The position numbers were made by a program, and so were the translations under genes. A stretch of DNA of 64,000 bases, taken from the NCBI RefSeq assembly GCF_963921235.1, contig NC_086097.1, positions 236,036,001 through 236,100,000 on the forward strand. Direction: 5' to 3'. How positions within the stretch are numbered: the stretch's first letter is position 1; each line of letters starts with the position of its first letter. Shown here in pieces: positions 1 to 13,062 of this stretch. The DNA comes from Mobula hypostoma. Lineage: Eukaryota. The notes under the pieces are model-generated. The model had not been told where the DNA came from and made no database searches. It saw only the letters and a list, made by a program, of their open reading frames with translations.

Positions 1-109
1 TTAAAAAAATTTGAATATTGCAGAAAGTGAAATTTCACTCAAAAATATTCTATGTCTTTGGGCCGAAACCCTACATCAGGACTTGAAAGAAAGAAGGCAG
101 AAGTTTGGT

Positions 110-285
110 TGGATGAAGGTTGTACATTCTCCCCATGACAACGTGGGTTTCCTCTGCGTGCTCTGCTTCCCTCCCAAATTCCAAAGTCATATGGGGTAGT
201 AGTTTAATTATTCACATGTGTAATTGGATGTTGTGGGCTTGTTGAGCTGGAAGGGCCTGCTACAATACAGCATCTCTAAACACTG
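110..285 (+). mobile_element. V-SINE (HE1-like) partial copy
   Basis: V-domain-like text tgtacattctccccatgacaacgtgggtttcctctgcgtgctctgcttccctccca..ttccaaag, then a CR1-like tail (gaagggcctg..cagcatctctaaa). Related copies at 32766, 44370, 47120 and 59300. Confidence 0.6.
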
Positions 286-1041
286 AACAACTAGGATTTC
301 CATATAGTTGGATAAAGTCCAAGTCAATTTTATCGTCATATGTACAAGCACATATATGCACAGGTGCAATAAAAATGTGTAATTCAGCGGTATCAGAGGC
401 ACATAGCATCAGAAAAGCAGCATACGCAAGAAAAAATATAAATTAAACCATTTGTACAGAGTTTTTCAAGGAAGTTCATAAGGAAAAGAAACAAAATGTC
501 CATTGGAGTTCAAAGTGATCAAAATGGTTAATGTTGCTATAGTGATGTAGGACAGGAGATCATTTAATGTTTTATTGTATGCTCTTCTATTTCCTTGAAT
601 TAATTTACCTCAGATAGTTTACAGCGTAAAAATCTGCTTTATCAAGGCTAGCATTCTCTGAAGGAATTTAAATTTATGTAATAATATAATCTAAAGACAT
701 TAGTGCATTAGCCCCTCGAGCTTTCTTTCAGTAAGGAGACTAAAACTGTCCACTATAGGTTGAGTGGCATCTATGAGATGAAAGGAACCATTTTACCTCA
801 CAGAAGCTGAGTTCCACAGAGTTCCTCCAGCAGATTGTTCGTTACTCCAGATTCCAGCGTTTCAGCCTCTCGTGTCTCAGTGAATGAACACAATGCTTTG
901 AGCTGTGACTTCACACAAGACATGTACGCTTGCAGTAAGACTTGTTTGATTTTTCTCTCTTCCCTTGCATGAATAGCAAAGCGATCTCAACCTTCTTAAT
1001 CGTTAAACCTCCCTCACGTAAAGAGACAAGTCCCTCTGCAT

Positions 1042-4000
1042 GAGGTGGAGGATAAATGCGTGGCTGAGGGATTGGACAGGGGGCAGGGATTCAAGTTTTT
1101 GGATCATTGGGACCTCTTTTGGCGCAGGTGTGACCTGTACAAAAAGGACGGGTTACACTTAAATCCTAGGGGGACCAATATCCTGGCAGGGAGATTAGCG
1201 GGGGCTACTGAGGTGACTTTAAACTAGAATGGTTGGGGGGTGGGAATCAAATTAAAGCGGCTAGGTGTGAGGAGGTTAGTTCACAACAGAGGGATGGGAA
1301 CCAGTGCAGAGAGACAGAGGGGTGTAAAGTGAGTGTAGAAGCAAAAAGTACAAAGGGGAAAAGTAAAAGTGGCAGGCCGACAAATCCAGGGCAAGCATTA
1401 AAAAGGGCTAAGAGAGTTGTAAAAGAGCGCCTGAAGGCTTTATGTGTCAATGCAAGGAGCATTCGTAATAAGGTGGATGAATTGAAAGTGCAGATTGTTA
1501 TTAATGATTATGATATAGTTGGGATCACAGAGACATGGCTCCAGGGTGACCAGGGATGGGAGCTCAACGTTCAGGGATATTCAATATTCAGGAGGGATAG
1601 ACATGAAGGAAGGGGAGGTGGGGTGGCATTGCTGGTTAAAAAAGAGATTAACGCAATAGAAAGGAAGGACATAAGCCGGGAAGATGTGGAATCGATATGG
1701 GTAGAGCTGCGTAACACTAAGGGGCAGAAGATGCTGGTGGGAGTTGTGTACAGGCCACCTAACAGTAGCAGTGAGGTCGGAGATGGTATTAAACAGGAAA
1801 TTAGAAATGTGTGCAATAAAGGAACAGCAGTTATAATGGGTGACTTCAATCTACATGTAGACTGGGTGAACCAAATTGGTAAAGGTGCTGAGGAAGAGGA
1901 TTTCTTGGAATGTATGCGGGATGGTTTTTTGAACCAACATGTCGAGGAACCGACTAGAGAGCAGGCTATTCTGGACTGGGTTTTGAGCAATGAGGAAGGG
2001 TTAATTAGCGATCTTGTCGTGAGAGGCCCCTTGGGTAAGAGTGACCATAATATGGTGGAATTCTTCATTAACATGGAGAGTGACGTAGTTAATTCAGAAA
2101 CAAAGGTTCTGAACTTAAAGAGGGGTAACTTTGAAGGTATGAGACGTGAATTAGCTAAGATAGACTGGCAAATGACACTTCAAGGATTGACGGTGGATAT
2201 GCAATGGCAGGCATTTAAAGGTTGCATGGATGAACTACAACAATTGTTCATCCCAGTTTGGCAAAAGAATAAATCAAGGAAGGTAGTGCACCCGTGGCTG
2301 ACAAGAGAAATTAGGGATAGTATCAATTCCAAAGAAGTAGCATACAAATTAGCCAGAGAAAGTGGCTCACCTGAGGACTGGGAGAAATTCAGAGTTCAGC
2401 AGAGGAGGACAAAGGGCTTAATTAGGAAGGGGAAAAAAGATTATGAGAGAAAACTGGCAGAGAACATAAAAACGGACTGTAAAAGCTTTTATAGATATGT
2501 AAAAAGGAAAAGACTGATAAAGACAAATGTAGGTCCCCTGCAAACAGAAACAGGTGAATTGATTATGGGGAGCAAGGACATGGCAGACCAATTGAATAAT
2601 TACTTTGGTTCTGTCTTCACTAAGGGGGACATAAATAATCTTCCAGAAATAGTAAGGGACAGAGGGTCCAGTGAGATGGAGGAACTGAGCGAAATACATG
2701 TTAGTAGGGAAGTGGTGTTGGGTAAATTGAAGGGATTGAAGGCAGATAAATCCCCAGGGCCAGATGGTCTGCATCCCAGAGTGCTTAAGGAAGTGGCCCA
2801 AGAAATAGTGGATGCATTAGTGATAATTTTTCAAAACTCGTTAGATTCTGGACTAGTTCCTGAGGATTGGAGGGTGGCTAATGTAACCCCACTTTTTAAA
2901 AAAGGAGGGAGAGAGAAACCGGGGAATTATAGGCCGGTTAGCCTAACGTCGGTGGTGGGGAAACTGCTGGAGTCAGTTATCAAGGATGTGATAACAGCAC
3001 ATTTGGAAAGCGGTGAAATGATCGGACAAAGTCAGCATGGATTTGTGAAAGGAAAATCATGTCTGACGAATCTCATAGAATTTTTTGAGGATGTAACTAG
3101 TAGAGTGGATAGGGGAGAACCAGTGGATGTGGTATATTTGGATTTTCAAAAGGCTTTTGACAAGGTCCCACACAGGAGATTAGTGTGCAAACTTAAAGCA
3201 CACGGTATTGGGGGTAAGGTATTGGTGTGGGTGGAGAATTGGTTAGCAGACAGGAAGCAAAGAGTGGGAATAAACGGGACCTTTTCAGAATGGCAGGCGG
3301 TGACTAGTGGGGTACCGCAAGGCTCAGTGCTGGGACCCCAGTTGTTTACAATATATATTAATGACTTGGATGAGGGAATTAATGCAGCATCTCCAAGTTT
3401 GCGGATGACACGAAGCTGGGTGGCAGTGTTAGCAGTGAGGAGGATGCTAAGAGGATGCAGGGTGACTTGGATAGGTTGGGTGAGTGGGCAAACTCATGGC
3501 AGATGCAATTTAATGTGGATAAATGTGAAGTTATCCACTTTGGTGGCAAAAATAGGAAAACAGATTATTATCTGAATGGTGGCCGATTAGGAAAAGGGGA
3601 GGTGCAACGAGACCTGGGTGTCATTATACACCAGTCATTGAAAGTGGGCATGCAGGTACAGCAGGCGGTGAAAAAGGCGAACGGTATGCTGGCATTTATA
3701 GCGAGAGGATTCGAGTACAGGAGCAGGGAGGTACTACTGCAGTTGTACAAGGCCTTGGTGAGACCACACCTGGAGTTTTGTGTGCAGTTTTGGTCCCCTA
3801 ATCTGAGGAAAGACATCTTTGCCATAGAGGGAGTACAAAGAAGGTTCACCAGATTGATTCCTGGGATGGCAGGTCTTTCATATGAAGAAAGACTGGATGA
3901 ACTGGGCTTGTACTCGTTGGAATTTAGAAGATTGAGGGGGGATCTGATTGAAACGTATAAGATCCTAAAAGGATTGGACAGGCTAGATGCGGGAAGATTG

Positions 4001-4335
4001 TTCCCGATGTTGGGGAGGTCTAGAACGAGGGGTCACAGTTTGAGGATAGAGGGGAAGCCTTTTAGGACCGAGGTTAGGAAAAACTTCTTCACACAGAGAG
4101 TGGTGAATCTGTGGAATTCTCTGCCACAGCAAACTGTTGAGGCCAGTTCATTAGCTATGTTTAAAAGGAAGTTAGATATGGCCCTTGTGGCTACAGGGGT
4201 CAGGGGGTATGGAGGGAGGGCTGGGTTCTGAGTTGGATGATCAGCCATGATCATAATAAATGGTGGTGCAGGCTCGAAGGGCCGAATGGCCTACTCCTGC
4301 ACCTATTTTCTATGTTTCTATGTTTCTATGTTTCT
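1042..4335 (+). mobile_element. CR1-clade LINE, 5'-truncated within ORF1, young copy
   Basis: ORF1 SGNH-esterase C-terminus (FLDHWDLFW..DGLHLNPRG) at 1045-1227, then ORF2, 3' UTR and a (TTTCTATG)n tail at about 4305-4335. Candidate TSD tctgcat at 1035-1041 and 4333-4339. Confidence 0.95.
1233..4231 (+). pseudogene. CR1 ORF2 (APE endonuclease + reverse transcriptase) with one frameshift
   Basis: ORF 1233-3575 has APE motifs (NARS, ITETW, GDFN, SDH) and RT motifs ([30 protein letters not shown]). The frame shifts near 3381, placing KFADDTKL and the C-terminus (ORF 3455-4231) in another frame. Confidence 0.93.
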
Positions 4336-5063
4336 GCATTAGTTTGTATCTACGCCATTTAAGAAACTCTTAGATAGAATGAACGCCTACGTAGGAGGGG
4401 AGGGCTAGATTGATCATAGTGTAGGTAATAAGGTTAGCGCAATATTGTGGGCTGAAGGGCCTGTATCGTGCTGTGATGTTTTCTGCTCTATTTAAAAACA
4501 ATCCATTGTCTTTTGCTGAATTCAATAAGCTAATATTTCCCCACTTTTCTTGCAATTTAATGCCTGTGTTGCCCTTTCAAAGACTGCATACTTTGCAGTC
4601 TGTGACTTGCCTTCTGAAACATTTTACTAACCATGAAGCATGTCAAGAGCATAATAGAATACCTTTCACTTCCCTGAATGAATGCAGCTCCAATAACACT
4701 GACGAATCTTAACATCATGAAGACAAAACACCACATCCACCTCACTAAGTATTCATTCACTTCAGTACCAGGTCACAGTGGCTGCAAAAAACAGCATCTA
4801 CAAACAGTACTGACATTAGTCGATTCCAGAGACACAATCCAAGCTCGTAACTACTACTGCCCAGGAGGACAAGAGCAGTAGGAACTTGGGAACATCAGCA
4901 CATGCTGATTTCCCTTCAAGTTGCACACTGTCTCAATTTGGAAATTGGAAATCCTTATAACATTTAGTATACGAGTCAACATCTATGGAGCGAGAACTGT
5001 GCAACATAACCTTTGCACAGAACTAATCTGATGAAATGTCATCAACCTGAATTATTGAATCTG

Positions 5064-5195
5064 TTTTCCTTTGTCTCTCTCTCCCGCTCTCCTCTTTCTT
5101 CTTTCCCTCTCTCCACCTCTCACTCCCTCTCTCTTCTCTTCTTCTCTCTCTATCCGTCTCTTTCTTCTCTCTGTCCCTCTCTCTCTCCTCTATCC
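5064..5195. repeat. CT-rich low-complexity polypyrimidine tract
   Basis: About 130 bp made almost entirely of C/T with degenerate (CT)n. Confidence 0.85.
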
Positions 5196-5289
5196 TTATC
5201 AAGTTTTGACACACCATGATGCGAGAACTTGCTACAGAGAAGCTGCATTTGTTGAGGAAGGAGGAAACTATAATATTCTCAAAGGAAAA

Positions 5290-5745
5290 TGAGATATAGA
5301 ACATAAAACATAGAACATAGAATAGTACAACACAGTACAGGCCCTTCGACCCTCCAACCCTGCCTCCCATATAACCCCCCACCTTAAATTTCTCCATATA
5401 CCTGTCTAGTACTCTCTTAAATTTCACTAGTGTATCTCCCTCCACCACTGACCCAGGCAGTGCATTCCACTCACCAACCACTCTCTGAGTGAAAAACCTT
5501 CCTCCAATATTCCCCTTGAACTTCTCACCCCTTACCTTAAAGGCATGTCCCCTTGTATTGAGCAGTGGTGCCCTGGGGAAGAGGCGTTGGCTATCCACTC
5601 TATCTATTCCTCTATCATGTCTCCTCTCATCCTCCTTCTCTCCGAAGAGTAAAGCCCTAGCTCCCCTAATCTCTGATCATAATCCATACTCTCTAAACCA
5701 GGCAGCATCCTGGTAAATCTCCTCTGTACCCTTTCCAATGCTGCA
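5290..5745 (-). mobile_element. CR1 LINE 3' fragment
   Basis: Minus-strand ALERVQRRFTRMLPGL..TRGH..FFTQRVVGEWNALP and a (catagaa)n tail near 5290-5325. Confidence 0.9.
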
Positions 5746-5804
5746 ACATTAACAGGATGTCTGATTAACAGGATAACAGCCCATGATATTATAGGAAAGG
5801 TACT

Positions 5805-8800
5805 ATCATAGAAACATAGAAAACCTACAGCACAATACAAGCCCTTCGGCCCACAAAGTTATGCCGAACATGTCCCTACCTTAGAAATTACTAGGGTTAC
5901 CCATAGCCCTCTACTTTTCTAAGCTCCATGTACCTATACAAAAGTCTCTTAAAAGACCCTATCGTATTCACCTCCACCAACGTTGCCGGCAGCCTATTCC
6001 ATGCACTCACCACTCTCTGCATAAAAAACTTACCCCCGACATCCCCTCTGTACCTACTCCCAAGCACATTAAACCTGTGTCCTCTTATGGCAACCATTTC
6101 AGCCCAGGGAAAAAGTGTCTGACTATCCACACGATCAATGCCTCTTATCATCTTATACATGTCTATCAGGTCACCTCTCATCCTCCACCACTCCAAGGAG
6201 AAAAGGCCGACTTCACTCAACCTGCCTTCATAAGGCATACTCCCCAATCCAGGCAACATCCTTGTAAATATCCTCTGCACCCTTTCTATGGTTTCCACAT
6301 CCTTCCTGTAGTGTGGCGACCAGAACTGAGCACAATACTCCAAGTGGGTCTGACCAGGCTCCTATATAGCTGCAACATTTCCTTTCGGCTCCTAAAGTCA
6401 ATTCCACGATTGACGAAGTTCAATACACGGTATGCCTTCTTAACCACAGAGTCAACCTGCGTAGAAGCTTTGAGTGTCCTATGGACTCAGACCCCAAGAT
6501 CCCTCTGATCCTCCACACTGCCAAGAGTCTTACCATTTATACTATATTCTGCCATCATATTTGACCTACCGAAATGAACCACTTCGCACTTATCTCGGTT
6601 GAACTCCATTTGCCACTTCTCAGCCCAGTTTTGCATCCTATCAATGTCCTGCTGTAACTTATGACAGTCCTCCACCCTATCCAAAACACCCCCAACCTTT
6701 GTGTTATCAGCATACTTACTAACCCCTCCCCCTACTTCCTCATCCAGGTCATTTATAAAAATCACAAAGAGTAAGGAACCCAGAACAGATCCCTGAGGCA
6801 CACCACTGGTCACCAACCTCCATGCAGAATATGACCTGTCTACAACTACATTTTGCCTTCTGTGGGCAAGCCAGTTCTGAATCCACAAAGCACTGTACCC
6901 TTGGATCCCATGCTTCCTTAATTTCTCAGTAAGCCTTGCACGGGTAATGATGAGTTTGAGTACAAAAAGAAAATTAAGAACCTGGTGGTATGGTGTGAAG
7001 ACAATAACCTATCCCTCAACGTCAGCAAGATGAAGGAATTGGTTGTTGACTTCAGAAGGAGTAGCGGACCGCACGACCTAATTTACATCGGTGGTGCTCA
7101 AGTGGAACAGGTCAAAAGCTTTAAGTTCCTCGGGGTCAATATCACAAATGACCTAACTTGGTCCAGCCAAGCAGAGTTCACTGCCAAGAAGGCCCATCAG
7201 CGCCTTTACTTCCTGAGAAAACTAAAGAAATTTGGCCTGTCCCCTAAAACCCTCACTAATTTTTATAGATGCACCATAGAAAGCATTCTTCTAGGGTGCA
7301 TTACAACCTGGTATGGAAGTTGTCCTGTACAAGACCGAAAGAAGCTGCAGAAGATCATGAACACAGCGCAGCACATCACACAAACCAATCTTCCGTCTGT
7401 GGACTCACTTTACACCGCACGCTGTCGGAGCAGTGCTGCCAGGATAATCAAGGACACGACCCACCCAGCCAACACACTTTTCGTCCCTCTTCCCTCCGGG
7501 AGAAGGCTCAGGAGCTTGAAGACTCGTACGGCCAGATTTGGGAACAGCTTCTTTCCAACTGTGATAAGACTGCTGAACGGATCCTGACCCAGATCTGGGC
7601 TGTACCCTCCAAATGTCCGGACCTGCCTCTCAGTTTTTTTGAACTACCTTACTTTCCATTTTTCTATTTTCTATTTATGATTTATAATTTAAATGTTTAA
7701 TATTTACTATTTTTTTACTATTTTTAATATTTAATATTTGTAATCCAGGGAGCAGGAAGCGCAGAATCAAATATCGCTGTGATGATTATACGTTCTAACA
7801 TCAATTGTTTGGCGACAATAAAGTATAAAGTAAAATATGGGGTAACTTGTCAAATGCCTTGCTGAAATCCATACACACTACATCTACTGCTCTTCCTTCA
7901 TCAAGGTGTTTAGTCACATCCTCAAAGAATTCAATCAGGTTCGTAAGGCACGACCTGCCCTTGACAAAGCCATGCTGACTATTCCTAATCATATTATACC
8001 TCTCCAAATGTTCATAAATCCTGCCTCTCAACTTACCAACCGCTGAAGTAAGACTCACTGGTCTATAAATTCCTGGACTACCTCTGCTCCCTTTCTTGAA
8101 CAACATCCGCAACCCTCCAATCCTCTGGAACCTCTCCCGTCCCCATTGATGATGCAACGATCATTATCAGAGGCTCAGCAGTCTCCTCCTTTGCCTCCCA
8201 CAGTAGCCTGGGATACATCTCATCTGGTCCCAGCGACTTATCCAACTTGATGCTTTCCAAAAGCTCCAGTACATCCTCTTTCTTAGTATCTACATGCTCA
8301 AGCTTTTCATTCCACTGCAAGTCATCACTACAATCGCCAAGATCATTTTCCAAAGTGAATACTGAAGTAAAGTATTCATTAAGTACCTCTGCTATTTCCT
8401 TCGGTTCCATACACACTTTCCCACTGTCACACTTGATAGATCCTATTCTCTCATGTCTTATCCTCTTGCTCTTCACATACTTGTAGAATGCCTTGGGGTT
8501 TTCGTCAATCCTGCTCACCAAAACCTTCTCATGGCCCCTTCTGGCTCTCCCATTTTCCTTCTTAAGATCCTTCCTGTTAGCCTTATAATCCTCTAGATCT
8601 CTAACATTACCTAGCTCTCTGAACCTTTTGTAAGCTTTTCTTTTCTTCTTGACTAGATTTAATACAGGTTTGTACACCACGGTTCCTGTACCCTACCATA
8701 ATTTTCCTGTCTCACTGGAACGTACCAATGAAGAACTCCACACAAATATCCCCTGAATATTTACCACATTTCTTCCGTACCTTTCCCTGAGAACATCTGT

Positions 8801-8880
8801 TCCCAATTTAACCTTCCAAGTTCCTGCCTGATAGCCTCATAATTCCCCTTCCTCCAACTAAATGCTTTTCTAACTTGTCT
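5805..8880 (-). mobile_element. CR1 LINE ORF2 fragment (degraded), interrupted by a Rex1-like insertion
   Basis: Minus-strand ORFs 8078-8680, 7801-8157, 6487-6888 and 5897-6343 give consecutive CR1 ORF2 segments (GPDEMYPR, DFSKAFD, GVPQGS, YADNTK). Tail near 5806-5825. Confidence 0.92.
6948..7836 (+). mobile_element. Rex1/Babar-like non-LTR retrotransposon, 3' fragment
   Basis: ORF 6985-7587 (WCEDNNLSLNVSKMKELVVDFR..FKFLGV..QRLYFLRKL..HPANTLF..LPSGRR..NSFFP), AT-rich 3' UTR and tail aataaagtataaagta. Duplicated gggtaa at 6942-6947 and 7840-7845; CR1 resumes on both sides. Confidence 0.88.
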
Positions 8881-9067
8881 AAAATTAAATCACCTTGATT
8901 GGTGTTTCGTGGCTAAGTGTGTCTCACCCACACCATATTCCGCCCCTGACACTCCTTCTCTGCCACCTGTCCCACACTCCTCCCACGGAGCTCCCCCCTC
9001 ACCATTCCCAACATCCTTTGCTCCTGCCACATTTACAAACTCGCTCTCCGCTCCATGTTGATGAATA

Positions 9068-9113
9068 CAGTACTGTGCAAAAGTCTTATATTTATGCCTA
9101 AGACTGTGCATAC
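9068..9113. mobile_element. Tc1/mariner-type MITE remnant
   Basis: TA followed by cagtactgtgcaaaagtctta, then a decayed inverted end tgcctaagactgtgcatac. The same TIR end recurs at 63133-63158. Confidence 0.55.
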
Positions 9114-10109
9114 TTTGATAATAAATTTACTTTCAACTTCAAACTTTGAACTTTGTTCCCTCCCTTTGGTGGGGTAAGCTGGGTCCTCCTTGTTTCTTAA
9201 TTAATAATCTCTGCAACTGTGTCACTTCTATAGGAAGCTTATGAGTTATTTCCACCAATATTTTCTATCTTTAGTTACCCCTATCTCCACACCTGCTGAT
9301 AATGCAACACCCCTACTCTCTGTCGTCAGTTTTCAGCCAAGCTTCCCTTTATTATTATGTCCACACTTCTTTTTTTCTCTATTTTATTCTATCATTTAAA
9401 ACACTGTAATATTGTGACCAAATGCTGATCGCCATTCACTGCAGTGGTTATTGGGTCAAATATGTTTGGCTTTATTGTGCCAACCCATTGATCTTGTTAC
9501 AAATGCTTTGTGTTTCCAGGTAAAACACTATATGATTACTCCCTGACTTGACACTGACTCATCCTTTTGAACTTTTGTATCTATTTTAGTCACCCTCTGC
9601 TTATCATTACTCAATTGCTATGATGCACTATGTCATTGACATTATCTATTAGGTTATCAATTTCTCCTCGCTTGAGCTCTCTTTTCTCAGCACTTTAGTT
9701 TAATTTCATATTTATGATCCTGGGGATTTGATGTACCAGGTCTTGGTCCCGACAAGATTAAGTGGAGCCTGTCCCATAAGAATATTACCCCATTCCTTTA
9801 GAATAGCTACTAGTCCACATGAATTATAGTGTCTGTCTTTCACGCCACTCTTTGAAACTGAATTTCAACACCTTAATCTGTTTGACTCCATGTGATTTGC
9901 CGCTAAATTCAAGTTATGACTGAAGTGTCCTCACTTGCTTCTAAAACTCTCTGAGCTGAACATAGCTTCTAGTCCAGCTCATTTCAATGGGTCTTACTAT
10001 GTCAATGCAATATAACAAATATACCTTCCTATTCATGCTTACATTCCTTCCATTTGCAAAGAAATATCCTTAACTAGGGATGTCACCATCCTGCCATTCA
10101 TGCCATGCA

Positions 10110-11420
10110 TTCTTCTTTCTGCTGCCATTGGAAAGGAGGTATAGGAGCATTAGGTCTCACTCTACCAGGTTCAGGAACAGTTATTACCCTTCAACCATCA
10201 GGTCCCTGAACCAGCATGGATAACTTCAGTCACATCAACAACGAACTGATTCTACAAACTATGAACTGGCTTTCAAGGACTCTACGACTCATGCTCGCAG
10301 TATTATTTATGTATGTATGTATTTATCTATTTCTGTATACATTTGCTTGTTTACTATTTGATTTTTTTTATATTTACACAGTTCATCTTCTTTTGCACAT
10401 TGTTTACCATTTTTGTGTGCAATTTTTCATTGATTCCATTGTACTTATTCATATCTGCTATGCATGCTGTTACGTACCCCGTAACTGGGTTGCCAAACCA
10501 GCAGAAATGGATCACTCAGTTGGAGTCTGGAGTACTAGAACTAAGAAAGTTTTATTAAAGAAACAAGCAACACAGTAATCGAAAGGATAATAAATGCAAC
10601 AATTCAACAATGATAACCACACATGTACACAGAATTAAGATAACAGCATCAATCAAGCTCTATCGTTGTCTAGGGGCAAATGACCAATTTCAAAATGACT
10701 CAAAGTTCAGTCCAGTTAGTAGTTCAGTTCGCAGTAATCGTTGCCATGGCGATGGACAAGGTGGGGGAAGAGAGACAGAGAGAACAGGAACAACTCATCA
10801 TTCAGAACGGCTTCACTCACAGACCAGCGGGATGGCTCACGAGCAACTTTTTGGGCGGGTCCTTGGTGATGTCACCTGAGGTCACCGACTGTGACCCCTC
10901 CTCCAGATGCGGTCGATCCTCTGCAGTGAACCCGGCACCCAGGCAAGGGCAGACACACACCGGGTTCCCGCTGATCGTACCTTTCCACCCTTGTCGTTGT
11001 CTGGCACTTCTCACCCACTCGTGAGAGGCGCACCGCTTCCAGGGTCTCGTTACCTCGGGTGGCGTGTGTGTCTGTCTTAGCGAACCTGTCCCTTTTTATC
11101 CCCCTGCTGGGGTATCGCCTGTCCATCACTTCAAACAGTTCAGGGTTCAAAGGGGGGAGCCGCTCCAGACAGCTCTCTCTCCCACATCCCTTCATTACAC
11201 ATCTCCAGACGCTGCTCCATTGTTCCTTACCTCTCCTTCCCCTGAGGGCAGGTGGCAGACCAACTGCTGATGCCACTGATGCTAGCCCAGGCCAGCAAAC
11301 ATCTTAACTTTATGTGTATTCTCGTCACAATGCCCACAAAAAAAAAGAATCTCAGCCCTTCAGTTTAATGTGATAAATACGTACTTTGATCATAAATACA
11401 CTTTCAACTTTGAACTTTAA
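10110..11420 (+). mobile_element. Rex1-like LINE 3' fragment (host of the solo LTR at 10468)
   Basis: ctgccattggaaaggaggtataggagc..aggttcaggaacagttattacccttcaaccatcagg (LP.GRRYRS..RFRNSYYP). The 3' UTR resumes after 11333 and ends in (actttga)n. Confidence 0.7.
10468..11329 (-). mobile_element. Solo LTR, family A (862 bp)
   Basis: TGTTAC...GTCACA termini with perfect 4-bp TSD ATGC (10464-10467, 11330-11333). Reverse-complement homolog of 44610-45500. Confidence 0.92.
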
Positions 11421-11789
11421 ATTTCGGGCAGACAATATAGTCTTTGGAATTCCTAGTAGCAGTTGCAGTGATGAGCATCCATTGCCTTGAAAAATACCAC
11501 CTCAAATCAAAGTCAAAAGTCAAAGTACTTTTATTATCGAAGCAGGTACACAGGATACAACTCGGATTCATGTTCCTGCTGTCATGAAACAAAACAATAA
11601 TTTGGATCCCATCTAAGAAAACATCAAATACCCAACACACAAAGAAATTGTGCAAATGGCAAACGCGAGCAAACAACTCGTTGAATGTCAAACATCAAAT
11701 CAGGGGTGAAGTTTATTTTCACTAACATATGTCATGAAATTGTTGTTTTCTGGTAATAGTATAGTTCAATATGTAAAATATACTATAAA

Positions 11790-12216
11790 TGATCCTTCCA
11801 TGACGACCACAAATTTGTCGTGGTTTAGAGGCTAGCATACCTCAAAGACCCGGAGAGCTATGTTGGCTGGAGTCAGGGCTTTATGCTTTGGCTCTTGATA
11901 GGGTCACCCATGATAAACAGGTCAAAGGGTAAAGGCCAAACTAAGAGTGGTGCACTGACTCTCCAGCTTTGTTTGTTCAGCTCAGGGCTAGCAACCCTGA
12001 CTGGTAACACAAAATTGTTACGGAAGCAGCAATGAAGAATCCTTCTACTTCTGAGTGCAGCAGTATTGCTGAGTCAACGCTCACGGCTTGCATGACTGAC
12101 AGTAGTGAAAACCGAGGAGAAGCTACTGACGTAATGACGGAACCGCTGAACACCATCAGAAGCAGAGGACTTTCATTGTTGCTCTAAACACCACTGGTGT
12201 AATGAGCAGCAAGAAG
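11790..12216 (+). mobile_element. Non-autonomous RTE (Rex3/Expander-like) derivative: 5' UTR fused to 3' tail
   Basis: RTE-type 5' UTR text (gagagctatg..agggtcacccatg..ggccaaactaagagtgg..gggctagcaaccctgact), a short 3' end finishing aagaag, and no ORF. TSD actataaa at 11782-11789 and 12217-12224. Confidence 0.65.
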
Positions 12217-12529
12217 ACTATAAAATTATCATGAGAAATATACACTATGTGTAAAATTAAATAAGTAGTGTAAGAGAGCAAAAATAATAAGGTTGTATTC
12301 ACAGTTTGATTGTTTATTTATAATTCTGACGGATGAGAGGGTAGACACTATTCCTAAAACATTCAGTGCAGGTCTTTGGGCTCCTGTATCTCATCTCTGG
12401 CAGTAGCAGTGAGAAGAGGGTTTGGAATACAATGTGAAAAAAAAATAGGAAATGATACACTTTGGTGCATAGAGTCATTGAATCATAGAACAATACAGCA
12501 GGAATTCAGACCCTTTGGCCCATTGAGTC

Positions 12530-13062
12530 TGTTAGAGTGAGTTTTTTTGAGTAGATGATTTGTTTACACTTAAATGACTTTGGCCACCAGACTTCAATTT
12601 GACAAAGTACTGTGGATTGAGTCCACAACAATGCGCTTCCTAAAAAGTTGTGAATACTAGCTGCTTCTGGTGCCGTAGTTTGACCAGATGCTGTAGTTTT
12701 GAAGACAGTATTATCTATACATTATAAATATTGATTGTCTTCTATGTTAGCACGGGAAATACCAAACAAATGTATTGTGGGTTTAACTTGCATTCCAGAC
12801 ATGTTGGCGTTGGAAGGAAAAGGATGAATTCAGAAGGTGTGATGTTTGTAGGTAGCTTCAAAAGGAAGCATTGTCTATAACTTTTTAAGTAGCGATTGCC
12901 TTTGTGTTTAGCATATAAATATCGAGCCCACATTGGACTAGCAGACCATTCTGCCGAAAGCGTCTCCGTCCGTATGATGCCTGCTTGTTGTGTCGAATAA
13001 AGAAGCTGCTTTGTATCTACCAGTGACTCTGTCTCTCCAGTGATTTCATCCACGCTACAACA
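12530..13062 (+). mobile_element. Solo LTR, family B (533 bp)
   Basis: TGTTAG...ACAACA termini, TATA-like catataaat near 12912, AATAAA near 12996, perfect 5-bp TSD GAGTC (12525-12529, 13063-13067). Confidence 0.92.

Noticed and set aside
1247..4254. Several minus-strand ORFs over the CR1
   Set aside because: Antisense shadows of a long coding frame.
5023..5598. 191-aa minus-strand ORF
   Set aside because: Read-through of a CR1 C-terminus into its 3' UTR and a GA-rich low-complexity tract; not a gene.
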